From the human T2T-CHM13v2.0 reference genome, Homo sapiens: a stretch of DNA of 64,000 bases. The notes beneath the pieces are model-generated. The model was not told the DNA's origin. It worked only from the letters and a program-made list of their open reading frames with translations, and did not search any database. The stretch is from assembly GCF_009914755.1 (NCBI RefSeq), contig NC_060930.1. The stretch is one strand, 5' to 3'. Positions 44,061 through 60,513 of the stretch are shown here, in pieces. Made by a program: the position numbers and the translations under genes. The stretch's first letter is position 1. Every line of letters begins with the position of its first letter.

Positions 44061-45360
44061 AGAAAGAGAGAGAGAGAGAGGAGAGAGAAAGAGAGAAGGG
44101 GGTGGGGAGAGGGAAGGCTAAAAAAACCCTGCTGATAATTTGGGAACAATGGTTCATGTTGACACATTCTAGGGGACAGTGGGTGGGTAAACTGGTTAAC
44201 TAGCAGCTAAAAGATAGGTCAGTTTGTCCTTGAGTAGGCCAACTAAGTGTATCAAACAAACAATTATAGCTGTTTATGAGTTCTCTGGAAAACTTGGAGA
44301 GAGCAGTTGTGGGGCATAGGTGACAGGCTGGCTCTGTGTAGTATCTACTGTTGACCCATCATAAGAAGCTCCATCTTGCTTAGGCCAGGTCTGCATCTGT
44401 GTCCTCAGAATTTCTCACTAGAAACCTCTTTTTCTGTCTTCTTACGTGTTTGGGAATGTATCCTTTTGTTCTCCAAGTATTTACTATTATTCTGGTTTCT
44501 GGATTTTAACCACATCCTGAAAACATATTTATTTGGTTGGAGGCATCATTATTGTCCTACAATATGGTTTTTGTCTGTAACTGACATCTCCTTTTCCACT
44601 GGCGTCCCCTAATTTCCATGGTTATGTGCTCATAACTTCTACACTTCTTCATTATTAGAGCTTTTCTGTTTAGGCAGGCTAGATTTATGCTCTCTATAGT
44701 ACCATTGCCTCAATAAATAGTCACAATCACTTTTCAGTGTGAACTTTCTGTTTGGACTTGGGGTTATTTATTTTGGCTGCTAAGAGGATGTTTTATGCTT
44801 TTATGGTAGATGAGATGGCAGACAGTAGAATGTCTGATTAATGAACTGTATTGCATTACATAGTTCCTTGAAGCAAGGAAACTTTAGAGTTCACGAAGTT
44901 CTTTGCTTGGTCTCTTGCACAGTGAGTACCTCGGCAGTGATCTACAGTCTGTCCTCTAATTCAGTGGCTCTCATCTTTTTTTTTTAGCCCTAAGGCACCT
45001 CCTCAGGTGCCCTCCAATGAATTGCTGGGGTTACTATGGCAGGGATGGGATGTGTGTGGAGGGACAGTCCCCTAGAGCCATAACATAATCAGGAGGAGCA
45101 CTTAAAGTCTGAAAAAGCTCCCAGGTGGGTGGGGGTGTGTGTGTGTGTGTGTGTGCTGTCCTCACTAAAAATATCACCTCTCCAGCCCCATAAACTAAGC
45201 TTCCTTAGATAATATGGCAAGGGAGAACTTAATGATTTTGCTACTTGTCTAGCTAAAAGGGGAGTAATAAAAACGTACAACACTCAATTTACTGTAGTTT
45301 TAAACGAACCTATGTTATAATTCTAGGTTTCGAAGTATAAAGCATTCCGCACGACGGGGG

Positions 45361-45750
45361 ATGGAGAAGGATGCTGAAGATGGCGCCCCTTCTGAGGGAG
45401 CAGAGGCTCCTCCCTCTACGGAAGAGGCTGCCCCTCCCCGTTCAGAAGAGGAAGAGGCCCCGCGCCCTCCGACAGTGGAGGCCCCGGCAGAAGATGGTTT
45501 CTCTCCTTCCGCAGAAGATGCTGTTTCTTCTGTGGTGGATTATCGGGATCTCATTCCTTCTGAAGAAGGGATAGTTCTTCCAGATGATCATGAAGCGGAT
45601 CTGAATAGAGTTCGACAGAGGCTTGCACCGCGACCGGTTCAGTCAGTGATTTCGGAAGTGCTGTCCTTGCCGTCTTCCCGGAGGTCCTCCAGATACCGCC
45701 GGAGTATGAGTGGCCTTCCCAATCTACAGGAAACATTAAAAGAGAGACAG
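45361..45750 (+). CDS. DNAH8: Dynein axonemal heavy chain 8, exon 2 coding part (exon starts 45327), aa 1-130
   Basis: Acceptor TTCTAG at 45321-45326; strong Kozak GGGATGG; MEKDAEDGAPSEG...LQETLKERQ; GT donor at 45751. Confidence 0.93.
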
Positions 45751-45887
45751 GTTTGCTTCTAATACGATTTTTCATGTGTGCCACTTTTCCTTATCAAATA
45801 CGAAATACTTTTACTTTACAAAGTATGAAACAGTTTGATATTTTTTCTTCAGAATTGCAATTTTTGAACTTGGTTTTCATTCCTTAG

Positions 45888-46022
45888 GCAAGATTTAGAG
45901 AGGCAAGGGAAAGCCGAAGACTGAAAATTGACCCTTCATACAAATATATATTTGAAATTCTAGCAGAAAATCTTGGCCTGGACATAGTAACTGTTGAAGA
46001 ATTAATTTTGGATTGCCCATCT
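45888..46022 (+). CDS. DNAH8: DNAH8 exon 3
   Basis: TAG/GTAAGT; 135 nt, ARFREARESRRLKIDPSYKYIFEILAENLGLDIVTVEELILDCPS. Confidence 0.93.
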
Positions 46023-46141
46023 GTAAGTTTAAGTCTTATCATTATATTTTAATTGCCCTTTGAGTAAGTGATTAACTTAAGAAAATAGAGTTGTCATAAA
46101 CAGCAACAACAACAACAAAAATCATTTAGAAAGATAAAGTT

Positions 46142-46440
46142 GGGGCAGGGCACAGTGGCTCATGCCTGTAATCCCAGCACTTTGGGAGGCTGAGGTTTGG
46201 GGATTGCTTGAGGCCAGGAGTTTGAGACTAGCTTGGGCAACATAGCAAAACTCCTGTCTCTGCAAAAAATACAAAAATTAGCTGGGCATGGTGGTCCGTA
46301 CCTGTGGTCCCAGCTACTCAGGAGGCTGAGGTGGGAGGATCTCTTGAGCCTGGGAGGTGGAGGATGCAGTGAGTACTCCAGCCTGGCTGACAGAGTGAGA
46401 TGCTGTCTAAAAAACAAAAAAGAAAGAAAAAAGAAAAAGA
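46142..46440 (+). mobile_element. AluJ-type
   Basis: Sense Alu. Confidence 0.9.
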
Positions 46441-46549
46441 CAAAAGTTGGAATTTTACTGACTAGAGGAGAAGGTTTGGTTTATATAATTATAGCCAGTT
46501 GAATGGTATTTCTTTTTAAATTTAATTAAATTAATTAATTAATTAATTA

Positions 46550-46829
46550 ATTTTTTGAGACAGAGTCTTGCTCTGTCACCAGGCTGGAGTGGAGTGGCAC
46601 CATCTCGGCTCACTAACCTTGCCTTCCGGATTCTCCTGCCTCAGGCTCCCGAGTAGCTGGGATTTCAGGCACGCACCACCACGCCCAGCTAAATTTTTTT
46701 TTGTATTTTTAGTAGAGATGGGGTTTCACCATGTTGGCCAGGATGGTCTTGATCTCTTGACCTCGTGATCTGCCCACCTTGGCCTCCCAAAGTGCTGGGA
46801 TTACAGGCGTGAGCCACCGCACCTGGCCC
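46550..46829 (-). mobile_element. AluSc-type
   Basis: Antisense; TSD CCAGTTGAATGGTATTTCT. Confidence 0.9.
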
Positions 46830-47568
46830 AGTTGAATGGTATTTCTAATCAGGTTTACTGTTGTGGAGGAAGAAGAGAAAAGTTAGCAACTAGAATTTTG
46901 GCTAAACTTCTAATTCAGAATGATGTCAGAAGTTAGAGGCATAGTTGAGTGGTGACGGTAGGTAATATTTTACAAGTACAGGTTATATGAACTACATATG
47001 CAAATCACTTGTAGAGAAAAGCTGCATAAATAAGTCAGGAAACAGTGACTATTGTATGAGTATACGGTAGTAGAAATAGTGATGTGATTGCAGGTCAGGT
47101 TACTATATGTCTCAGTGTGCCAGGGACAGTTCTGGATTATACCTATTTTCCTGGCATGATTAACAGTACCTCCTGACACTACTAACAGTTTTGGATGATA
47201 AATTGATGTGGTCACCCTAATTATAGTAATGTATGATACACTTGTGTCATAGCTTCCCTCGCGATAGCTCTGGTTCTAAGATAATTTTCAATAAAACTAC
47301 CACTAGGTTCTTGGGCTTTTTCTGAACCCTAGGAGTGGACTGGGCTGGTATGCCAGAAAGACCAGTGAGCAGGTGCAGACTGCTGGTGAGCTGATTGTCT
47401 CACTGAATGCACTGGTGAGAGAGTTGGGGTGAGGTGGGGTTGTGGTGAGGTTGTCACCATGGGGGCCATATCCCCTGCTTTTATAGGGGTCATCAAACAT
47501 GGGCAAAACTCTTTAGCTTGCTCTAGGAGCCAGGGTTCTATGGAACCGTGCCTAAAAGAGCTACTCCC

Positions 47569-47850
47569 GGCCGGGCGCAGTAGCTCACACCTGTAATCCA
47601 AGCACTTTGGGAAGCTGAGGCGGGCAGATCGCCTGAGATCAGAAGTTCAAGACCAGCCTAACCAAAATGGTGAAACCCTGTCTCTACTAAAAATACAAAA
47701 ATTAGCTGGGTGTGGTGGCATGTGCCTGTAGTCCCAGCTACTCAGGAGGCTAAGGCAGGAGGATCGCTTGAACCTGGGAGGCAGAGGTTGCAGTGAGCCG
47801 AGACTGTACCACTGCACTCCATCCTGGGCGATAGAGTGAGACTCCAACTC

Positions 47851-47899
<49 letters not shown>
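47569..47899 (+). mobile_element. AluSx-type with (ATA)n tail
   Basis: TSD AAAGAGCTACTCCC. Confidence 0.93.
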
Positions 47900-48233
47900 G
47901 AGCTACTCCCTTGCTTGATACAGTGCATTGCTAAATTCTGCAAAATTGTCTGCGCTTCATGTCGTCCAGTATCCTTATAAGAATGTGGTCCTGGCAGTTC
48001 TCTGACAGTATGAATGGGATTGCTCATTTTCTTGGTCCTGTTGTGTAGCTGTAACAGTGAGATGGGGATGTGATTGATGCAAAGACTTCAATAGCTCTAA
48101 GCTATTATAATGACAAAGTATAGAGAATGCATGGAGATGTGTACGTAAAACAAGAGGTGTCACAGCAAGCAACCGGAAGTAGGTTGTGGTTTCCCAGGTC
48201 ACCAAAGTTCCCCGCTGGAATTTACTGCTGTGG

Positions 48234-48411
48234 TCAAGGCTGGCTTCATGGATATATTGGCTGTGTAGTTACAGAGGCCCCTGTGCTTAGAATGTCACTA
48301 TGCTTGGTTTGATGATCTTTTGTCACCATTTTGAAGTTCTTGATAATTTTTTGGTAAATGTCTCGCATTTTCATTTTGCACTATGTTCATCAAATTCTGT
48401 AGCTGGTCCTG
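48234..48411. mobile_element. MER91-like DNA transposon
   Basis: CAAGGCTGGCT...TTTTCATTTTGCACT...AGCTGGTCCTG. Confidence 0.5.
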
Positions 48412-49411
48412 ACTGTGGACAATGCCAACCAAATAGTAAGAGGATTTTCTTTGCCATTCACAAGTTGGGTTTGTTTGTTTAATGGTTTCCTTTCCCCAGT
48501 GACTATTCTAGTTTCTGTGGTGACTTTGGCTACATGTCTTTCTAGCCTCTCTAAGCAATTGGTGCAAAACAACCTTATACACATCCCTGAGATGGTGACA
48601 ATGAGAGGAAGGGAAGGCCAATTTCTAAAAAGTCATTTCTTAGTAGGCCCAGGCTTTAGGCCTGTCCCGAGGATCAGTCCTGCATTTGGCTAGGGAGGAA
48701 GCCAGATGAGTGATCAATTTTGTTTCACCTGAAAATTGCTGGGCCACAGATTTGGATAACACCACAACTGGAATCCCTAGACCTTCTGCAAAGAGTATAG
48801 GCATAGGCATTGCGGCCTGATCACTGCCTTCATGAAAGGGTAACTGCTAGAACTAAGATGTGGGGGGGAGATGGGCATCTGCAGAACTGGTAGTCCAACT
48901 TTAAGTATTTGCCATCTGTATTTCTGGGTTGGTATTCTCTGTTTGGAGGAATTCTTACTGGCTAGCATGCTAGTCAGGAAGTAGAAGTGCTATGTGCCTA
49001 CAAACCCTTCTATTTGCTATTCCTGGGGTATGTCTCAGACTTTGGGTCCATGTGGTTAGATTCTACCTTTAAGGCCATTATGGTCCAGGACTGACACTGC
49101 TTAGGCTGCAAGGAATGGGAAATGTAGGCATTAAGGAAGAATCAAGCTGCAAAAGGTATTTCCTTAAGAGTTGCTTGTGAGTGAGCAAAGCCATGGTGGA
49201 GGGAAAATCGTGTACCCAGTAGGGAAACCAGTGTCAAAACCTGAAAGATTAGAATGTTTATTTGGTTGAGGGGAAAAGGCAAGGATATATGATAGGTTGG
49301 ATCAAGGTTGGTGACCAGGTGAGTAAAGAGATGGAACAAGGAACAAGGGGTGGCATGATTTGGTGTGGTGCGGTTTAGGAAATTGGGGGTATATGGAAAA
49401 GTATTCTTTAG

Positions 49412-49716
<305 letters not shown>

Positions 49717-49809
49717 TGGAAAAGTATTCTTTTAATGTGAAGCCTGGCATGCAATCCAGGATGAAAGCAGCTCAGTAAAGGCACCACAAAAAAGTGGACA
49801 ACAGAGGGT

Positions 49810-50830
<1,021 letters not shown>

Positions 50831-51275
50831 TAAAGTCTTTTTACTTTAATTTTCTCTTCTGCAAGAAGGGTATAATAATGCCACTTTACCTAGTTGATAC
50901 TCAGATTAACTGTTGGTAAAATGTTATGTAATATAAGTGAATTTTTAATGCACAGTCATGATTTTGGCCCATGATCTCACATTTACTTTGCTAGTCTCAT
51001 GAGTACAATGTATCTAAAATGCAAGGATTCATTGCATTTGATATTTTGATGTCTTTTTATCCTAGTCATGTGCACTGCTTTTGAGAATTTGTATGATTTC
51101 AAAGCTAAAGGGTCAGCAAGAAAGTACTGATGGAGCTGTGCAAGAACTATGTGGACAGCTTTTGTCCCTTTTAGGTGGCAATTATGTGAGACCCAAGTAT
51201 ATACGGGAGGTGGAAGAGTAGAGAACAAAGGGCTAGAGTTACGCACATCTTGGTGGCTCTGTTTTATCTCCCAGG

Positions 51276-51411
51276 GTGGTGGTTCTCAAATGTGGTCCCA
51301 GGACCAGTTGCATCAGCCTCACCTGGAACTTGATAGGAATGCAAATCATTTTGTGTTTTTAAAAAGCCCTCTGTGTGATTCTCTGATGCACACTAACATT
51401 TGAGAACACTG
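51276..51411. mobile_element. MER5A hAT MITE
   Basis: GTGGTTCTCAAA...TTTGAGAACACTG terminal inverted repeats. Confidence 0.75.
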
Positions 51412-51481
51412 TCCTAGGAGGAGTGGCTTTGCTACACTTGGGATACTTCCGCTAGGCAGTCAGTAAATTAAGAGATACTCA

Positions 51482-51889
<408 letters not shown>

Positions 51890-52460
51890 TCAGGGCTTTC
51901 GTTTATGTTATCTATTTAGTTTTCTATTTACTAAGATATTACACTGACTCCTAAGTAATTGAATAAAAACTTCATGCTCATAAATATGGAAGAATCTCAG
52001 TATGATAATGTGTTTTTACTTCAGTTTGGTACAATATAGGTCAAATTACAATAGCTAAAAACATAATTGCTCAAATAATTGGTCAACAACACAGTTAATC
52101 AATAGGCAAGTTTTCTGTTCCCCAAGTGAGCTTTTAAGAATAGTTTATCTTAATAATACTTCTTTTTTTAAAATATTTACCTCAAGTTGGACTCACCTAT
52201 TTAACCCCTATATGATTCTGTGGGGCAGGGTCAGGTAAGTGGCTGCCCAAAACTATATATGTAGGTCATTAATGTAGGTTCAGAAATATAATTCAACCAT
52301 TACTATATTGCACAGTAATTTTGGAGTTAAATTAGTTTGGGTTCTAATCTTGCCTTTATGTACCTTTGAATAAACTCTTTGAGCTTCATCTTCTTCATCT
52401 GCAAAATACTAAGAATTTTTCCTTAGTCGTTTGATTATCATTTTCTCTTTTATTTAACAG

Positions 52461-52545
52461 CTGGAAGCATTTACTAATTTTTTTGCGAAAGATGGTTGTA
52501 AGACACTGAAATTTTTGTACCAAGAAGGAGATGTACCTGGTATTG
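52461..52545 (+). CDS. DNAH8: DNAH8 exon 4
   Basis: CAG/GTAAG; 85 nt, LEAFTNFFAKDGCKTLKFLYQEGDVPGI(E). Confidence 0.93.
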
Positions 52546-54250
52546 GTAAGAATTTTCTGAGGGCAGTGTGCCAGTAATTAGTTCATGCACGTTAAAGTGC
52601 AGCATATTTTTTCTCTTATACGTAGATAATCCTTTATTTATAAAGAAAATGTTACCAGAAGTTTATGTATAAGAAATATAGTGTCTCAAGAACAATACAT
52701 TCTCAGCCCAAATACATATTTCAGGCCTTGCTATAATGTCTTCAGGAGAAAACATCCTTGTAGAAATCACTGGCCTCTGCTGGGAATACACATTTTCATT
52801 AGAATTTAATTGCATTTTCCCCGAAACAGGTGGAGCCATTTTGTCCAGATGATTAGAAGTGGTGGTGAAACCACTCCAGAGCCCTGCAGCTACCCCCTGT
52901 GGTCCTATCTCAGCATCTTGTGCCTGCTGCAGCTGTCACTTGGAATAGCTGGTTTTCCCTACTGTGCATATTATGCCTGAACTAATTAACATGCTACCAG
53001 CTTGTTAAAACTTTGTTTTAATAACTAGATATGTGGGTTTCCCTTTTGGTCTGAGACTACTCATCATCAGAGTCCTGTGGATTTACCTTCAACACATCCC
53101 TCCCGTTGCTTCTTTCTCACTTGGTTCCTCTGCTGCCTTAGGCTAGGCCTTCCCTGGTGTTCCAGATTGAAAACCAGTATCTCTGTAATCAGATTCTCCC
53201 TCTGAAATTCGTACTGTGTATTCCTGCCAAGTATATCTTTTATTGTTCTGCTGTTTATTGGATTGGGTCCACATCTCATTTATTCAAGGCCTGCTGTCAT
53301 CTGGACACGCAGTACTTGTCTAGTCTGATCTCCTACTCTTCCAGATGTGAATTTGCTGCTCCCTTTAAGCCCCTCTTCATTGTTTTCTGCATACTAGAGT
53401 TATTTCTTTTCCCTTTCTCTCCTCACCTGGCTTTTTCAGATTGCCTTTCTTCTCTCCACTCAGCATCCCCTACCCGGCTCCTTCAGAACACCTCCAGCAG
53501 AGCCCTTCCCAGGGTGTTCCAACCCATAGCCATCACTGTTCTCCAGATCCCTATCTCATCTACAGTATCCATGTAAATATAGTACTTGATTGTGTTCTTC
53601 TACCTTCCTCTAATTGTTTAATATATGTCTTGTTTCTTCGATAAAATATGTAAACTCGCAAATAGTGACTAGGTTGGCTTTGTGGATTTTCTGTCTCTCA
53701 CAGTTCCTATTGTAGGAGGATTATTGTGTGGTCTATATTTTTATAACTTGTTAAAAATTAAAACAATAGCTGAAAATTATAGAAAGATAAAATATCTATA
53801 ATTAGAAGCAAAATACAGTCCCACTCAGTTGGAGAAAGCACTGTTAACTCCTTAATGAATATTTCTCTATAACTAGTTTATATACATATTTTACAAAAAT
53901 GGGATCCAATTCTACATATTATTCTATAGTGGCTGTTTAATTTTGATAATATTGTCTTCTTTATGCCAATAAATACATTTATCCAATCAAAATGTTAACA
54001 TCTGCATTTTATTTCATTAGGCTGATATAACTGTAATTTTCCAAACTGATCTCTCAGTAGAATTTAGGTTGTTTACAACTTTTTGCTCCCTGAAACAATG
54101 CCTGAGTGAATATTACTGAATACAAATCTATGTGGATTAGGAATAAATTTTAGGAGAAATTCTCAGAAGGGAAATTGCCAGAGCAAAGGGTACACATATT
54201 TTTAATCATTATTTTTGCTACTTACAAAAGTACATTTATCAGTTTGGTAA

Positions 54251-54641
<391 letters not shown>

Positions 54642-55385
54642 TAATACATTTTATTCTTGACTTGGTGTTTGCATTTGACAGGGTAGCCTAGACATTTTTC
54701 TGTGTCATTACGTAAAGATTTACCTCATTCAAAAAATTCCTTATAGTATAACATTCCATTATACAGCTGCATTGTGATTTTTAGAAATCATTCCCTATTG
54801 ATGGTCACATCTCTCCTCTTCATCAGGAAAACTTAAGCTTGTCTTATGTCTTATCAGACAGAACTGTGTCACATGGCTATCCTGGGGGCCAGGGAGGCTG
54901 AGAGAGCAGTTTTCTTTCTAGGGATGAACACAATGGGACAAAGTCAGGTTTTCTTAGCAAAGAAAAAGGGGAGGGTAGTAAATCCCTGTGGAGCCTCTAT
55001 GAATGGGCATTTGGGCTCTTATATTGCTACGTACCATGTATCAGGGTTCTTTGGCTGCAAGCAACAGAAATAGGTCTGGCTTATATGAGTGGAAAGCAGT
55101 GTTTCGGGAGGCGGAAGGTGGATAACAAAATTTAGAACTAGTTGAACAATCAGGTCTCGGGAAGGACAAGAATAGAGCATTTCCACAGATTTCAGGGCAG
55201 TTTCTTTAGGATTCATCAGTAGACTTCCATCTCTCAAATCCCTTTTTTTCTTTATGTGTATTCATTCAAGGTTTATATTCTTGTAGAGTCTAATTAGTCT
55301 AGTTCTTACATGCCCACCTTTACAGAGCCCTGGCACTCGTATCCTCCAGAATCACAGGGCAGGAGGAATCTCCCAACCCCCGTGA

Positions 55386-55750
<365 letters not shown>

Positions 55751-56167
55751 AATTTTCTATTTCTTTTATTACATTTTAAATTGGCTATTGCTGCAAAGAA
55801 TTTTTAATGCACAGTCATGATTTTGGCCCATGATCTAACATAATTCTCATATTTTTAATAGTTTTTCTAATTAAAAAAGATTGATAATTAAATGTTTAAT
55901 TTTCATGGAAATTAGTTCAAGGAGGGATTTAATAGAAGGTGGATACAATGAGTGTATTTGGTACAGGAACTGGACCTTCTTGGGGGAGTCAGTGAAGGCT
56001 TCCTGAGATGGTGGCATTTCAGCTGAGATCTGAAAGATGAGTAGGAATTTGTAGGTAAAAGGTTGGGGATGGGATAGGAGAACAGGTTGTATAAGGCCCT
56101 GAGGCCAGGCCAAAAGGAACAGAAGTACAGAGTTCAGGGAAAGGTACCCAGAGGAGGCTGCAATTTA

Positions 56168-56889
<722 letters not shown>

Positions 56890-57015
56890 CTATGACCGTA
56901 TTGAAAACTTCTTACAATAAAGTAAAACAGGAAACAATAGTGTAAGAGCCACAGTAACTTATCTCATTTGATTAGTTATGTGATTATACGCTAAGTTCTT
57001 GACTTTTGTTTTCAG

Positions 57016-57167
57016 AATGTGGTCGAACTATTGCTGGAGCAACTAAAGGGGCAAAAATGATGAAATTGTATATAGACAATGCAGCCCCGGATAAACTAAA
57101 AGGACTGTGCATATTTTTTGTTCGTTGCCGTAATGATGTTGCTATAAATGTTAAAACTATTCAAGAG
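57016..57167 (+). CDS. DNAH8: DNAH8 exon 5
   Basis: CAG/GTATGT; 152 nt, CGRTIAGATKGAKMMKLYIDNAAPDKLKGLCIFFVRCRNDVAINVKTIQE. Confidence 0.95.
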
Positions 57168-58364
57168 GTATGTTTAAAAATTTCCCCAAATACATAGTTA
57201 AACATTGAATATATTTTTGTAGTCACACTTATGCTTTACTTTGCTTTCCCTTTTTAAATATAGGACTGAATTGAGTTCCAAGAAAATAAATGTATTCATA
57301 TATTAAAAAAAACTGAGAAATTGACTATAATAGAGCTTAGTTATATTGATATTTTAGATACTGCTTTCAATTTCATGAAAATTTCATTTCTTGATGGTGT
57401 GCAAATAACACATTTAATTTTGTTGATGCAAAGTATTAGTTACTTTATTTAACTTCCTCTTCACTCAATATTTTAACTCTTTTATAGTTTTAAAAGAAGA
57501 AGGGAGAGTTGTCCTAGAGCCTGGACATTGCTAAGCTAGTTCTGGGAAGGCAGGATGATGGAATGGGAAAAGCAAGAATTTTAGCCAGAGAGACCGAAAT
57601 TTGCCTCTTAGCTTCACCACTGACTAATCACTTAAATGTGTCCTCTGGAAAGTTGCTCATCCTTTCTGCGACTTAGATCTCTACGTTCTTAAATTGGGAA
57701 TAATAATACACACCTGGCAAGATTATAGTGACACTAAATGATAATATAAATAAATTCTTATTATATTGCCTGACATACAGTAGGCTCTCGACAAATATTA
57801 GTTCTCTTTGTTATTCTTAGAGAGTCTTAATACCTTTTACAATGGGAAAGGGAACTGAAGTCTAATCTTGTTCCTTTTCTGTTATGATAAAAGATTGCTT
57901 GAAGAGAGCTTGTTTAGCTTGGTTTAAGATTTTAGGTTGGCAGTTATTTTTCCCTGACCCCTTGTAAATATTTCATGGTATTTCTTGTGGATGATGAGAG
58001 CACTCCTGTTAGTGTAATTCATAGGTAATCTGTCTTTTTTTCTTTCTGTTTGCTTTTGCTCGTTGTCTTCAAAGTCCTGTAGTTTCACCACAATGCCTCT
58101 ATGTATGGATGTTTCCTCAATCTGCCTTCCATTTCATTAATTCTTTCTTCAACTTATCCATGATTTCATCCATTCATTTTTATAATTTAGCTTTTGTTTT
58201 AGTTCAGTTATGTGTGCATATAAAGAGAGAAAAAGTCCTTTTATGAAATAGTATAAGTCTTTCATAACCGAAAAACTGACTTCTATGCTATTCTCCAGAA
58301 GCAACTATTAAACCCTTTTAATGGATTCTTTTATTTACCTGTATATCTCTAAATAATATGCTCA

Positions 58365-58763
<399 letters not shown>

Positions 58764-58864
58764 CTATTCTTCCAACGTAGTTATATTCTAGTTAACTTAG
58801 CTAAATATTTGTTTACATCATTAGAACTAAGTAAATGTAATCACAGATGAGCCATGTGGTGTAA

Positions 58865-59070
58865 CAGTGGTTCTTAAAGTCAAACCTATTTTCATCAGAA
58901 TACTAAGATGCTAGTTGCCCTTTTCACCAATGTTGACATTTGACTGATGGTGCAGAAGCAATGGTGGGAAAAACTACTGATACCTTAACACGAATCAAGA
59001 CGACACCAAACTGTATGAGTAGTAATTTTATACTTCATTGCCACACACTCACAGTTAAAAAACCAGAAAT
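58865..59070 (+). mobile_element. hAT-Charlie transposase fossil (Charlie1-like)
   Basis: Reads TDGAEAMVGK...TPNCMSSNFILHCHTL, matching hAT TDGA and degenerate CxxH motifs; begins CAGTGGTTCTT. Confidence 0.7.
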
Positions 59071-59607
59071 CATTTTTTTTTGTGATCCTAGACAAGTTTT
59101 TTAATCTTAATTTTTTGGCTTGGGATTTCTAAGTCACTTAAGATGTATCAATTGAAAGGTCACGCATGGGTGGTGGGCTTTTGATTTCTGGGCTTTTGGT
59201 TTCTTACGGCTGGTAATTTATTCCACCAAACTTCTAGGCAAGGGCTTTTCACCAGAAAAAAAAAAATCATGGACAGGGCAACTTTCAACGGAGGATTTTC
59301 TTTACGCAGGTTTGGTTCCACGTCCCTCACCTTGAATAGGCTCCAGGCTATTGTTCCTTTCCTATGCAGAAATTAAAGCATCAAATGAAACATCACTTTG
59401 ATGAGCAAATATGGGAATAATTAAATTGGGGGCAGAATATAAGTTTGTTGACTTTAGAACTCTAAGGTTCATAACCACTTAAGATTCCCTAATAGTTTAT
59501 AAAATGTATTAGTTGTCTATGTTTATTGCAATATAAAACAGGTTATGATTTTTCAGTTCTTTAGTGGGATTAGCATGTAAAATAACATTTAAACTCCACC
59601 CTTTCAG

Positions 59608-59797
59608 GAAGCGCTCTTTACTGTTCTGGATGCGTCGAAAGGACTCTTAAATGGAATTAGGGATATGTTGGCAAATATATTTCTACCAGCTGTTCTTGCA
59701 ACAAACAACTGGGGTGCTTTAAACCAGTCCAAGCAGGGAGAATCTGAAAAACATATTTTCACTGAAACCATCAACAGATATCTTTCATTTTTAGATG
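59608..59797 (+). CDS. DNAH8: DNAH8 exon 6
   Basis: CAG/GTAAGT; 190 nt, EALFTVLDASKGLLNGIRDMLANIFLPAVLATNNWGALNQSKQGESEKHIFTETINRYLSFLD(G). Confidence 0.95.
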
Positions 59798-60349
59798 GTA
59801 AGTATAAAATTTAATGTTTAGCAAATTGCAAAAAAGAAGCAAATTAACTAAGATATTTCATAAACAGAGAAAAAGTTTCTATCTTAAAAGATGTTAATCC
59901 AAGTAATTATGAGACTTAGAGGCAAGAAATGAAATCATTAGAACTCATTTTTGAGGATCTTTGGTGGAGTAAGATATATTTTCTTTTTAATTTTACGTTA
60001 TAGCAGGAGGAATCTCTTTCTATAATATTAATGAAAATTTTCACCATATTAAAATATATACTTTATTATGAACTCTTAAAAATCTATACTTTTATTTTTT
60101 CATATTGTTAAAATGTACAATTTTATCAGTAAATTATGAAGTCATAATCTAATGATTAATTAGAATTATATTTCTGTAAAGTATTAGATCTTTAACATTT
60201 CAGTAATTAGAGCTTAAAAGTACACATTGACTTTTAACACATTGACATTAAATACTTCTTACTATTAAATATTATTTAATATTTTTATTAATATATTTAA
60301 AATATTTAATATATAAATTAGTATTAAATGTCTTTTTTTTCCTTTTTAG

Positions 60350-60513
60350 GTGCTAGAATAAGTATTGAGGGAACAGTGAAGTTAAAGACAATAGACAATG
60401 TTAATTTTTCCAAACTGCACACCTTTGAAGAAGTAACTGCTGCAGCCAGCAACTCAGAAACTGTTCATCAGCTGGAGGAAGTGCTGATGGTATGGTACAA
60501 ACAGATCGAACAG
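60350..60513 (+). CDS. DNAH8: DNAH8 exon 7 (start of DHC_N1 tail region); gene continues beyond window
   Basis: TAG/GTGAAT; 164 nt ending LEEVLMVWYKQIEQ, typical of the dynein heavy chain N1 start. Confidence 0.95.

Noticed and set aside
58930-59060. Possible domesticated hAT transposase exon
   Set aside because: Short, frameshifted before the TDGA motif, degenerate CxxH; a fossil
59090-59410. Complex non-repeat-looking stretch considered as a small RNA gene or pseudogene fragment
   Set aside because: No tRNA, snoRNA or Y RNA motif, ORF or TSD that I can recognise; BLAST/Rfam would be needed
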